Below are positions 1-8,856 of a stretch of DNA of 64,000 bases, in pieces; the first letter of the stretch is position 1; each line of letters begins with the position of its first letter. Origin of the DNA: an uncultured Lachnospiraceae bacterium (lineage in GTDB: Bacteria > Bacillota > Clostridia > Lachnospirales > Lachnospiraceae); the NCBI GenBank assembly GCA_964537765.1, contig CAZICB010000001.1, forward strand, positions 107,078 through 171,077, read 5' to 3'. The notes under the pieces are model-generated. The model did no database searches. It was not told the origin of the DNA and was given only the letters and a program-made list of their open reading frames with translations. The translations under genes were made by a program, and so were the position numbers.

Positions 1-3
1 GAG

Positions 4-1530
4 ATGTGCTATACCAATATTTTACAGGTGCTGGATTTAAGCGGCATTCCGCTGCATGCGGCGGATCGCGGCGAGGAGGATCCCATTGTTATAGGCGGCG
101 GCCCCTGCGCTTACAATCCGGAGCCGCTGGCGCCGTTTTTTGACCTGTTTTACATCGGCGAGGGGGAGACTCAGTATTACGCGCTGTTTGATTTATATAA
201 GGCTGTGAAGGCCCGCGGGGGAAGCCGTCAGGACTTCCTTTATGAGGCGGCGAAGCTTCCAGGGATGTATGCGCCAGAATTTTATGATGTGACCTATCAT
301 GAGGATGGCACTATCGCTTCCTTTACACCGAACCGGGAAGGAATCCCGGCGGTGATCCGCAAGGAAATCGTGGTGGATATGGACGATGCTCCCTACATGG
401 AAAAGCCGATCGTACCGTTTTTGCAGGTGACCCAGGACCGGGTGGTTTTGGAAATCCAGCGGGGCTGCATCCGCGGCTGCCGGTTCTGTCAGGCGGGCAA
501 CGTATACCGTCCTTTGCGGGAACGCGACCTGGAGCATTTAAAGGAATACGCCTGCAAAATGCTGAAAAATACAGGCCATGAGGAGATTTCTCTGAGCTCC
601 TTAAGCTCCAGTGATTATACTTATTTGAAGGAGCTGGTTACCTTTCTGATAGAGGAATTTAAGGGCAAGGGGATCAATATTTCCCTGCCTTCCCTGCGAA
701 TCGACGCCTTTTCCCTGGATGTGATGAGCAAGGTGCAGGATGTGAAAAAAAGCAGCCTGACCTTTGCGCCGGAGGCGGGATCCCAGCGTCTCAGAGATGT
801 GATCAATAAGGGACTCACCGAGGAGGTGATTTTAAAGGGCGCGGCGGAGGCCTTCCACGGCGGCTGGAATCGGGTCAAGCTGTACTTTATGCTGGGTCTG
901 CCCACGGAGACCGTGGAGGATATGGAAGGCATCGCCCTTTTGTCTCAGAAGGTGGCGGAAACCTACTATGACGAGGTGCCCAAGGAGCAGCGTCAGGGCA
1001 AGGTCCAGGTGGTGGCAAGCTCCTCTTTCTTTGTGCCCAAGCCCTTTACGCCCTTCCAGTGGGCGAAAATGTGCACTAAAGATGAATTTTTGGATCGGGC
1101 TTATATTGTCCGCAATAAGATGCGCCAGATGAAAAATGCCAAAAGCCTGAAATACAACTGGCACGAGGCGGATGTGACCGTTCTGGAAGGGGTTTTGGCC
1201 CGGGGCGACCGCAAGCTGGCTCCGGTGCTGGAGGATGTGTACAAAAAGGGCGCCATCTACGATTCCTGGGGCGAGTATTTCCACAATAATTTGTGGATGC
1301 AGGCCTTTGAGGAATGTGGTGTGGATCCGGACTTTTATACCACCCGGGAGCGGGGACTGGATGAGATCTTCCCCTGGGATTTTATCGACGCCGGCGTGTC
1401 CAAGGAGTTTTTAAAACAGGAATGGCTGACAGCCATGGAGGAAAAGGTGACGCCGAACTGCCGCCAGCGCTGTTCCGGCTGCGGCGCGAGAAGCTTTGGA
1501 GGAGGTGTCTGCTTTGAAGATAAGAATTAA
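4..1530 (+). CDS. TIGR03960-family B12-binding-domain radical SAM protein (5' truncated by window edge)
   Basis: CxxxCxxC motif CIRGCRFC; IGGGPCAYNPEP, TFAPEAGSQRLR and FVPKPFTPFQW motifs; C-terminal Cys cluster CRQRCSGCG...C; followed by the usual TIGR03936 partner. Confidence 0.85.
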   Translation: MCYTNILQVLDLSGIPLHAADRGEEDPIVIGGGPCAYNPEPLAPFFDLFYIGEGETQYYALFDLYKAVKARGGSRQDFLYEAAKLPGMYAPEFYDVTYHEDGTIASFTPNREGIPAVIRKEIVVDMDDAPYMEKPIVPFLQVTQDRVVLEIQRGCIRGCRFCQAGNVYRPLRERDLEHLKEYACKMLKNTGHEEISLSSLSSSDYTYLKELVTFLIEEFKGKGINISLPSLRIDAFSLDVMSKVQDVKKSSLTFAPEAGSQRLRDVINKGLTEEVILKGAAEAFHGGWNRVKLYFMLGLPTETVEDMEGIALLSQKVAETYYDEVPKEQRQGKVQVVASSSFFVPKPFTPFQWAKMCTKDEFLDRAYIVRNKMRQMKNAKSLKYNWHEADVTVLEGVLARGDRKLAPVLEDVYKKGAIYDSWGEYFHNNLWMQAFEECGVDPDFYTTRERGLDEIFPWDFIDAGVSKEFLKQEWLTAMEEKVTPNCRQRCSGCGARSFGGGVCFEDKN

Positions 1531-2224
1531 ATTTGCCAAGGAAGGCACCATGAAATTCATCGGGCATCTGGACATCATGCGTTATTTTCAGAAAGTGATG
1601 CGCCGGGCCGATGTGGATATCCGCTACAGCGAAGGCTTCAGCCCCCACCAGATCATGTCCTTTGCCGCGCCGCTGGGCGTGGGCGCCACCAGTCGGGGAG
1701 AGTATGTGGACATTGAGGTGCTCTCCACCGATTCCTCCAGGGAGATGGTGCGCCGTATGAATGAGGTGGTGGTGGAGGGCATCGAGGTGCTGAGCTATCG
1801 CCTGCTGCCGGACACGGCGGCCAATTCCATGTCCATCGTGGCGGCTGCGGATTACCGGGTCACTTTTCGTCCGGGGAAGGGTCCCGCGGACTGGGAGGCT
1901 TTTGAGGCCGCGCTTAAGGAGCTGATGGCACAGGAGGAAATCCTGGTTTTGAAAAAGAGTAAAAAGGGCGAAAAGGAAATAAATATCCGCCCCATGATCT
2001 ATGAGCTGCACGTGGAAGGACAGGAAATACACCTGCGGATCGCCACCGGAAGTGCGGCAAATTTAAAGCCGGACGTGGTGATCCAGGCAGCCTTTGACCG
2101 GATGGGACAGGTCATGGCGCCCTTTGCCCTTTTGATTCACCGAAAGGAGGTCTACGCCAGCCAGGAGGTGGACGGCGTGCGGCAGCTGGTGCCCTTGGAA
2201 TGGTTTGGAGAAGAAATTGAATAA
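1514..2224 (+). CDS. TIGR03936/DUF2344 radical SAM-linked protein
   Basis: KIRIKFAKEG..FIGHLD..YSEGFSPH..SFAAPLGVG..GEY signature; start moved to TTG 1514 behind GGAGG (1501-1505); overlaps the rSAM gene end. Confidence 0.85.
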   Translation: MKIRIKFAKEGTMKFIGHLDIMRYFQKVMRRADVDIRYSEGFSPHQIMSFAAPLGVGATSRGEYVDIEVLSTDSSREMVRRMNEVVVEGIEVLSYRLLPDTAANSMSIVAAADYRVTFRPGKGPADWEAFEAALKELMAQEEILVLKKSKKGEKEINIRPMIYELHVEGQEIHLRIATGSAANLKPDVVIQAAFDRMGQVMAPFALLIHRKEVYASQEVDGVRQLVPLEWFGEEIE

Positions 2225-3398
2225 GCTCGTGATTACCCGGTGGAACGGACGGATCCTGACGGCTCTGCTTTCAGAAGGCAAGGCGGTGGAGATCGGTTTG
2301 GAGGCGGATGATTCCATTCTGGGAAATATTTATATTGGAAAAGTAAAGAAAATGGTCCGGAATTTGAATGCCGCTTTCGTAGACTTCGCGGAGGGGCGGA
2401 CCGGCTATTACAGCCTGACGGACAATCCGCTGCCTCTGTTTGCCGACGGCCATGAGGGAAAATTGAAGGAAGGGGACGAGATCATCGTTCAGGTGGCGAA
2501 GGATGCGGTCAAGACCAAGGATCCGGTTCTGACCTCCAATATCACTTTTACCGGAAGGTACGCGGTGCTGACCGCAGGGAAAAAGGTGATAGGCTTTTCC
2601 GGAAAGATCAATGACCGGACATTTAAAGAACGGTTAAGGCCGCAGATCGCGGCGCTGATCGGCGAATCGGCCGGTATCATTGTCCGCACCAATGCCTACG
2701 GCATGGAGGAGGCGCTTTTTGATGAAATCCGGTCTTTAGCCGGGCAGTACCGGGAACTTTTAAAGCGGGCGTCCTACCGCACCTGCTATAGTCTTCTTGG
2801 CCGGGCGGAGCCGGAGTATTTAAAGACGCTGAAGGACCGTCCCGCGGGAACGCTCGAAGAGATCGTGACGGATCTGCCGGAGGTTTATGAGGAGGTGGCG
2901 AGTTGGCTTAAGGAGCAGGAGCCATGCAGGCCGCCGAAGCTTCGCATGTATCAGGATCCTCTGGTGTCTCTGGCAAGACTCTATTCCCTGAACACGGCCA
3001 TGGACCAGGCTCTGGAAAAGAAGGTCTGGCTCAAATCCGGCGGCTATCTGGTCATCGATATTACCGAGGCCATGGTGGTCATCGATGTGAATACGGGAAA
3101 GTACGCGGGAAAGAAAAAACTGGAGGAGACGGTGCGCCTGACCAATCTGGAGGCTGCCGAGGAGATCTGCCGCCAGCTGCGGCTGCGGAATTTGTCCGGG
3201 ATCATCCTGGTGGATTTCATTGATATGTACGGCGGTGATGAGGATAAGGAGTTGCTATTGGAAGCTTTGCGCCGCCATGCGGCCAGGGATACGGTTCCCA
3301 CCACGGTGGTGGACATGACTGCCCTGGGGTTGGTGGAGATGACCAGAAAAAAGCAGAAGCGCCCATTGTGGGAACAGCTGGCTGATCAAAAAATATGA
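2217..3398 (+). CDS. rng: Rne/Rng family ribonuclease (RNase G-like)
   Basis: S1 domain GNIYIGKV..AAFVD; catalytic IDVNTGK; LRLRNLSGIILVDFIDM; probable TTG start at 2217. Confidence 0.9.
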   Translation: MNKLVITRWNGRILTALLSEGKAVEIGLEADDSILGNIYIGKVKKMVRNLNAAFVDFAEGRTGYYSLTDNPLPLFADGHEGKLKEGDEIIVQVAKDAVKTKDPVLTSNITFTGRYAVLTAGKKVIGFSGKINDRTFKERLRPQIAALIGESAGIIVRTNAYGMEEALFDEIRSLAGQYRELLKRASYRTCYSLLGRAEPEYLKTLKDRPAGTLEEIVTDLPEVYEEVASWLKEQEPCRPPKLRMYQDPLVSLARLYSLNTAMDQALEKKVWLKSGGYLVIDITEAMVVIDVNTGKYAGKKKLEETVRLTNLEAAEEICRQLRLRNLSGIILVDFIDMYGGDEDKELLLEALRRHAARDTVPTTVVDMTALGLVEMTRKKQKRPLWEQLADQKI

Positions 3399-3413
3399 AA
3401 GGAGGAGAACAAA

Positions 3414-4931
3414 ATGTTGGAAAAAATCGATTTGTCAAAAAAGGCAGGAAAGGGCGCGTATAAGAAGGTGATGGAGACCGAGGGCGTCCGCCTGGGCGTG
3501 CTCCAGCGCGAGTGCAAGACAGCGAAGATTCCGGTGATGATCGTGTTTGAGGGGATGGGCGCCGCGGGAAAAGGCATTCAGATCAACCGTCTGATCCAGG
3601 CGCTGGATCCCAGAGGCTTTTCCGTTTACGCCAGCAATTCTTCCAGTGAGGAGGCCAGGCTGCGCCCATTTTTGTGGCAGTTCTGGACCCGGATTCCGGC
3701 CCAGGGACGGATCGCGATCTTTGACCGCAGCTGGTACCAGCGGGTTCAGCGGGATCGCTTTGAGGGAATCACCAAAGAGAAGGATCTGGCGGGCGCCTAT
3801 CAGGATATTCTGTCCTTTGAAAAACAGCTGAGCGACGATGGTATGGTGATTATCAAATTCTTTCTGCATATTTCCCAGGAGGAGCAGAAGAAACGGTTTA
3901 AAAAGCTGGATGATTCCAAGGAAACGGCCTGGCGGGTATCCAAGGAGGACTGGAGACGGAATAAGGAATACGACGCCTATTTGCAAATCAACGAAGAAAT
4001 GCTGGAAAACACAGACACCGAATACGCGCCCTGGACCATCATTGAGGCCACCGATAAGGATTACGCGGCCATGAAGATCCTGACTACGGTGGCAGAGCGG
4101 CTGGCCTATGAGCTGGAGCGTAGAAAGGATCAGGAGGCAGAGCAGAAAAAGAGTTCTGCGGTAAAACCAGCGGAGCGGTTCCAGAACGGCGTTCTCTCCG
4201 GCGTGGATTTATCAAAATCCATATCTAAGGAGGATTACAAAAAAGAACTGGAAAAGCTGCAGAAGCGGCTGGAGACCCTTCACAGCGAGCTGTACCGTCT
4301 GCGGATTCCGGTGGTGCTGGGCTTTGAGGGCTGGGATGCCGGCGGAAAGGGCGGCGCCATCAAACGTCTGACCAGCCATCTGGATCCCCGTGGCTATCAG
4401 GTAAATCCCACATCTGCGGCCAATGACATAGAGAAGGTGCATCATTATCTGTGGCGATTCTGGAACAATATCCCAAAGGCCGGGCATATTGCCATCTTTG
4501 ACCGGACCTGGTATGGCCGCGTGATGGTGGAGCGGATCGAGGGCTTCTGCACGGAAGCGGAGTGGAAGCGGGCCTACCAGGAGATCAATGAGATGGAATC
4601 CCACCTGGCAAACTTCGGTACGGTGATCCTGAAATTCTGGATTCATATTGACAAGGACGAGCAGGAGCGGCGGTTTAAGGAACGGATGGAAACTCCGTCC
4701 AAGCAGTGGAAGATCACCGATGAGGACTGGAGAAACCGGGAAAAATGGGATCAGTATGAGGCGGCCGTGGACGAGATGCTGGTTCGCACCTCCACCACCT
4801 ATGCCCCCTGGATCGTGGTGGAAGGAAACAGCAAATACTACGCCCGGGTGAAGGTGTTAAGGACGGTGGTGGACGCACTGGAAAAGAAAATCAAGGAACG
4901 GAAGCGGGAGCTGCGGGAAGAACGCGATTAG
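3414..4931 (+). CDS. polyphosphate:AMP phosphotransferase (two-domain PPK2)
   Basis: Two PPK2 domains with FEGMGAAGKG and FEGWDAGGKGG P-loops; IFDRSWY and IFDRTWY motifs. Confidence 0.9.
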   Translation: MLEKIDLSKKAGKGAYKKVMETEGVRLGVLQRECKTAKIPVMIVFEGMGAAGKGIQINRLIQALDPRGFSVYASNSSSEEARLRPFLWQFWTRIPAQGRIAIFDRSWYQRVQRDRFEGITKEKDLAGAYQDILSFEKQLSDDGMVIIKFFLHISQEEQKKRFKKLDDSKETAWRVSKEDWRRNKEYDAYLQINEEMLENTDTEYAPWTIIEATDKDYAAMKILTTVAERLAYELERRKDQEAEQKKSSAVKPAERFQNGVLSGVDLSKSISKEDYKKELEKLQKRLETLHSELYRLRIPVVLGFEGWDAGGKGGAIKRLTSHLDPRGYQVNPTSAANDIEKVHHYLWRFWNNIPKAGHIAIFDRTWYGRVMVERIEGFCTEAEWKRAYQEINEMESHLANFGTVILKFWIHIDKDEQERRFKERMETPSKQWKITDEDWRNREKWDQYEAAVDEMLVRTSTTYAPWIVVEGNSKYYARVKVLRTVVDALEKKIKERKRELREERD

Positions 4932-4944
4932 ACGCGTCACCGGC
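4919..4944. repeat. truncated copy (left arm plus loop) of palindromic repeat family B
   Basis: agaacgcgattagacgcgtcaccggc matches the left arm and loop of 52636-52676; supplies the ppk2 stop codon. Confidence 0.6.
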
Positions 4945-4998
4945 AAGAATAATGGCAGCTGCCTGCTTGGAAAAATTGCAAGGTTTAATCACATAGAT

Positions 4999-5039
4999 AA
5001 CCCCCTTTCGCACGCATCAGCTGCGTCCGGAAGGGGGTT
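4999..5039. terminator. hairpin between convergent ppk2 and gntR (probable terminator)
   Basis: aaccccctt...aagggggtt stem with inner acgca/tgcgt stem. Confidence 0.6.
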
Positions 5040-5054
5040 CTTTCATTTTACAGA

Positions 5055-5729
5055 TTAGATATTGAAGGAAGAGTATTGGATATTATTTAAAATCTGCTGA
5101 AATGTGATTTTCTTCGTATTTTCAATGTGCAAATCCATTTGATGTGCCGCTTCACTCCAATTTTTCTGCATGCAGGCGAGAATGATGGCCTGATGTTCAT
5201 TGCAGGACTCCTGTATGCGATCCATGGATATATCGTTTCTGGTAACGTAGCGGATCCTTTCATCCTGTGATCTTACGAGCGCATAGTTAGAACGGATGTA
5301 AACATTGGGGCACGAGTTGACAATCATGAAGTGGAAGGCATCATCCTGATTATGGAAAAATTCCGGATCATGAATAATGGAACTGTCGGATTCCGTACTG
5401 AAAATATTATAATACTTCTTATTTTCTTCGTCCGGAATGAGAATGCCGTAATGCAATAGAATATAAGGTTCATACAGTTTACGTATTTCAATATTCATAT
5501 TAATATCGTTTACAGTCAGTGATGGAACCATAATGCCATGCTTGGGGAGAATTTTTACAAATCCCTCCTGCTCCAGGCGACTGATGGCATCTCGTACGGG
5601 GGTGCGGCTGATTCCCAGATCCTGGGTCAGCAACTCTTCATTTATCATAGAGCCAGGTGCATATTCACAGGTGATGATTTTCTGTTTAATTTTCTCATAA
5701 GCAAGTGTTTTTAAATTCAATTTTGTCAT
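5055..5729 (-). CDS. GntR family (FadR-type, FCD domain) transcriptional regulator
   Basis: wHTH LGISRTPVRDAISRLEQEGFV; FCD motifs DDAFH...NEHQAII..HIE. Confidence 0.9.
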   Translation of the reverse strand: MTKLNLKTLAYEKIKQKIITCEYAPGSMINEELLTQDLGISRTPVRDAISRLEQEGFVKILPKHGIMVPSLTVNDINMNIEIRKLYEPYILLHYGILIPDEENKKYYNIFSTESDSSIIHDPEFFHNQDDAFHFMIVNSCPNVYIRSNYALVRSQDERIRYVTRNDISMDRIQESCNEHQAIILACMQKNWSEAAHQMDLHIENTKKITFQQILNNIQYSSFNI

Positions 5730-5753
5730 ATCTTAAGACCGCCTTTATAATGC

Positions 5754-5795
5754 TGATGTATATTTCATTGTATCATAAGTGATTGGAAATTTCAA
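5754..5795 (-). promoter_or_regulatory. sigma-A promoter of gntR with adjacent operator site
   Basis: Minus strand TTGAAA (5795-5790), 17 bp, TGaTACAAT (-10 at 5772-5767); operator-like TGATGTATATTTCA at 5754-5767. Confidence 0.6.
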
Positions 5796-5864
5796 TATAT
5801 TTTTAAAGCTGGAGGATCTTCCAGGGATTACATGAAGATTTATTTAAAAAAAAGAAGAATTATA

Positions 5865-5907
5865 TTGACATTTGAAAAAACTATTGTATAATATGATGTA
5901 TACAACA
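5865..5907 (+). promoter_or_regulatory. sigma-A promoter of TRAP operon with operator
   Basis: TTGACA 5865-5870, 16 bp, TATAAT 5887-5892; near-palindrome TGATGTATACAACA 5894-5907. Confidence 0.75.
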
Positions 5908-5965
5908 AAAAATTCATCAATGTCGCAAGTTGATGAACAAAATCATGTATAAGGAGAAGAAAAGG

Positions 5966-7051
5966 ATGAAAAAACAATTGGTAAGCGTTTTGGCAGCAGG
6001 GGTTATGGCTTTTTCTACGACAGCTTGTGGAGGAGGAAATACATCTGCTACAGTTGCCACAGAGCAGGCAAAAGAAAAGACAGACGGGGCGGAAGCACAG
6101 GATACAGCTTCTTCCGCGTCAGGATCAGCGATAGAGCTTGCGTGGAATGTTCCGGATCCGGATGGTCATCCATGGACGGAATCCGCGAAGGAGATCGCCG
6201 AAGAAATCGAAAAGCGTTCAAACGGCAGTCTTAAAATCACGGTTTATCCAAATAACCAGCTTGGCGTTTCGGAAGCGCTGGATATGATGTCCACAGGATC
6301 CCTTGCGATGGATCTGACAGGATTTGGCGCATTTGCCAGCTATTATGCTCCCTGTGAGGTATTCGCGCTGCCATATGCGTTTGATGATGCTGATCAGGCC
6401 TATGCTTATTTTGAATCGGATTACGCGAAGGAAATTATAGACAAGATTGACGAAGCCAGCGGAATTATGACGATCGAAGCGTGGTATTTTGGAGACCGCA
6501 ATCTGACGACCAAAGGGGTGGAGGTTCATACACCTGAGGATCTGAAAGGAACGCCGATTCGCTGTATGGACAGCGTTGGTTCAAAGGCAGTCATTGAGGC
6601 TCTTGGCGGAACTCCGGTGCCGATGGCTTTGAGTGAAACCTATCTTTCCCTCCAGACTGGAACCGTGAAGGGACAGGAAAATCCGCTTCCGACCATCGTT
6701 GCCCAGAAGTTTAATGAGGTACAGGATCATCTGGTTATGACGCATCATAGTGTTCATCTTGGCACGATTCACTTTTCCAGGATGATCTGGGAGACATTAT
6801 CCGAGGAGCAGCAGGAAGTGATTACAGGCGTGATGAAAGAATACCGTCCAATTGTTACTGAAAGAATCGAGGCAAGCCAGGAAGAAAATCTAAAGGCTCT
6901 TTCAGATTCAGGAATGCAGGTAGATGAGGTAGATCTGGATGCGTTCCGGGCGAATGCGAATCAGGTGATTCATGCCACCTATGGCGATGATGAAGAGTGG
7001 ATGAAGGTGATCAACGGTCTGGAAGAGTTTAAGGCCTCCTACACAAAATAA
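5966..7051 (+). CDS. dctP: TRAP transporter substrate-binding lipoprotein (DctP family)
   Basis: Lipobox-like STTAC; VYPNNQLG, GDRNLT, LKGTPIR and LQTGTVKGQENP motifs; ATG 5966 behind AAGGAG/AAAGG. Confidence 0.9.
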   Translation: MKKQLVSVLAAGVMAFSTTACGGGNTSATVATEQAKEKTDGAEAQDTASSASGSAIELAWNVPDPDGHPWTESAKEIAEEIEKRSNGSLKITVYPNNQLGVSEALDMMSTGSLAMDLTGFGAFASYYAPCEVFALPYAFDDADQAYAYFESDYAKEIIDKIDEASGIMTIEAWYFGDRNLTTKGVEVHTPEDLKGTPIRCMDSVGSKAVIEALGGTPVPMALSETYLSLQTGTVKGQENPLPTIVAQKFNEVQDHLVMTHHSVHLGTIHFSRMIWETLSEEQQEVITGVMKEYRPIVTERIEASQEENLKALSDSGMQVDEVDLDAFRANANQVIHATYGDDEEWMKVINGLEEFKASYTK

Positions 7052-7065
7052 ATGAGGAGTTCAGC

Positions 7066-7554
7066 ATGAAAAAAATGATAAAAAATCTGTTTGGGCATTT
7101 TGAAGATTATTGCTGCGCGGTATTGATGACGGTAATGTGTATTTCCACAACTTTACAGATTGTTTTCCGTCTGATCAAGCATCCGCTTGTCTGGACTATG
7201 GAACTCGCGACTTATAGTTTTATCTGGATTGCTTTTTTGACCATTGCCTGGGCAGAAAGGACGCATTCTCACTTTTGTGTGGACGTATTTACCAATTGGA
7301 TCAAGGGAAAGGCAAGAAATGTGCTTTATATTGTGAATGATCTGATCGCCGGCGCGTTTTATCTGCTGCTTTTTTATTGGTCCGTGCGATATTTTCCCAT
7401 GCAGGCTTCCCAGACGTCATCAGCTCTTTTGATTTCCAAGGGATGGATTGAAGCGTCCATGATTGTCTGTTTTTCACTGGGATTTATTCATCGAATTGCT
7501 CATGTGATATGGACAATTCGTAATTGGAACGCGGTTGAGGAGGAAAAGAAATGA
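7066..7554 (+). CDS. dctQ: TRAP transporter small permease (DctQ)
   Basis: Four hydrophobic segments, WTMELA..HFCVD motif, lies between DctP and DctM. Confidence 0.85.
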   Translation: MKKMIKNLFGHFEDYCCAVLMTVMCISTTLQIVFRLIKHPLVWTMELATYSFIWIAFLTIAWAERTHSHFCVDVFTNWIKGKARNVLYIVNDLIAGAFYLLLFYWSVRYFPMQASQTSSALLISKGWIEASMIVCFSLGFIHRIAHVIWTIRNWNAVEEEKK

Positions 7555-8843
7555 GTCTTTCACCTATTACCATATTTTTTATTGTGTTTGTTATCCTTAT
7601 TTTGATTCGTATGCCCATGTTTATGTGCCTTCTCGGCGCCTCCGTAACTTATATTGTCCTGAATCCACAGCTCAATATGCTGACGGCAATGGCAAAACTG
7701 ATCAAGGGTCCGGAATCCTATACGCTTCTGGCCGTGCCGTTTTTCATTTTTGCGGCGCAGCTCATGAATCAGGGAGGCGTGACAGATCGGATCTTCGGGT
7801 TTTGTAAGATCCTTTTAGGACATTTGCCATGCGGACTGGCTTATGTAAACGTGGTGGCCAGCCTGATATTCTCAGGCATCAGCGGTTCCGCACTTGCGGA
7901 TGTAGGCGGATTAGGCCAGCTTGAGATCAAGGCGATGCGTGATGAGGGATACGATGATGACCTGATTATTGGCGTTACGGCTGCTTCAAGCACCGTTGGC
8001 CCGATCATCCCGCCGAGCATTCCGTTCATTATTTATGCTTCCATGTCCGGGGTGTCGGTTGGCGCGATGTTTATGGGCGGTATCGGACCAGGATTGCTTT
8101 GCTGTATTGTTTTATGCTTTTACATTTTTATGATTGCGAAAAAACGTCATTACAGTGCAAGCCGACGCGCGTCACTGGGCGAAATCTGGAAATCCTTCAG
8201 AAACGCGTTTGCGGCATTGATGTTTCCGGTTATTATGCTGGGCGGAATCTGGAGCGGTGTGGTGACTCCTACGGAGGCCGCGATGGTTGCCGTGCTGTAT
8301 GGCTTGTTTGTGTCGATTTTTCTGTACAAGGATATCCAGCTTCGGGATTTGCCGAAAATCATGATTGAATCGCTTGGCCAGGCAGGCCCATCAATGGCAT
8401 GTGTAGTAGCAGCCGGTTTGTTCGCATGGGTTCTTACTTATGAAAAAATTGACCAGGTGCTGGTTTCCGCGATTCTTTCAGTGACGACAAATAAATATGT
8501 GATCCTGCTGCTTTTGAATATTCTGCTTCTTTTCCTTGGCATGTTTGTAGAAGTGACAGCGGCGATTATGATCACGCTGCCGGTGTTGACGCCGTTGATT
8601 GCGATTGCGGGAATCGATCCGGTACATATGGGAATTATTCTTGTTTTTAACATGATGATCGGACTTTTGACGCCGCCGGTAGGTTTTTCCTTATATATGC
8701 TGACGAGTGTAGCAAACCGGAAATTTGAAGATGTTGTAAAAATGATCATTCCATGGCTGATTCCATTATTCATAGTATTGGCTCTGATTACTTATGTGGA
8801 ACCATTTGTTCTTGGACTTCCGCGTCTTTGTGGATTGATGTAA
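7551..8843 (+). CDS. dctM: TRAP transporter large permease (DctM)
   Basis: LLAVPFF, SGSALAD, GPIIPPSIP, TPTEAA and GLLTPPVG motifs. Confidence 0.92.
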   Translation: MSLSPITIFFIVFVILILIRMPMFMCLLGASVTYIVLNPQLNMLTAMAKLIKGPESYTLLAVPFFIFAAQLMNQGGVTDRIFGFCKILLGHLPCGLAYVNVVASLIFSGISGSALADVGGLGQLEIKAMRDEGYDDDLIIGVTAASSTVGPIIPPSIPFIIYASMSGVSVGAMFMGGIGPGLLCCIVLCFYIFMIAKKRHYSASRRASLGEIWKSFRNAFAALMFPVIMLGGIWSGVVTPTEAAMVAVLYGLFVSIFLYKDIQLRDLPKIMIESLGQAGPSMACVVAAGLFAWVLTYEKIDQVLVSAILSVTTNKYVILLLLNILLLFLGMFVEVTAAIMITLPVLTPLIAIAGIDPVHMGIILVFNMMIGLLTPPVGFSLYMLTSVANRKFEDVVKMIIPWLIPLFIVLALITYVEPFVLGLPRLCGLM

Positions 8844-8856
8844 AAGGAGATTAATT

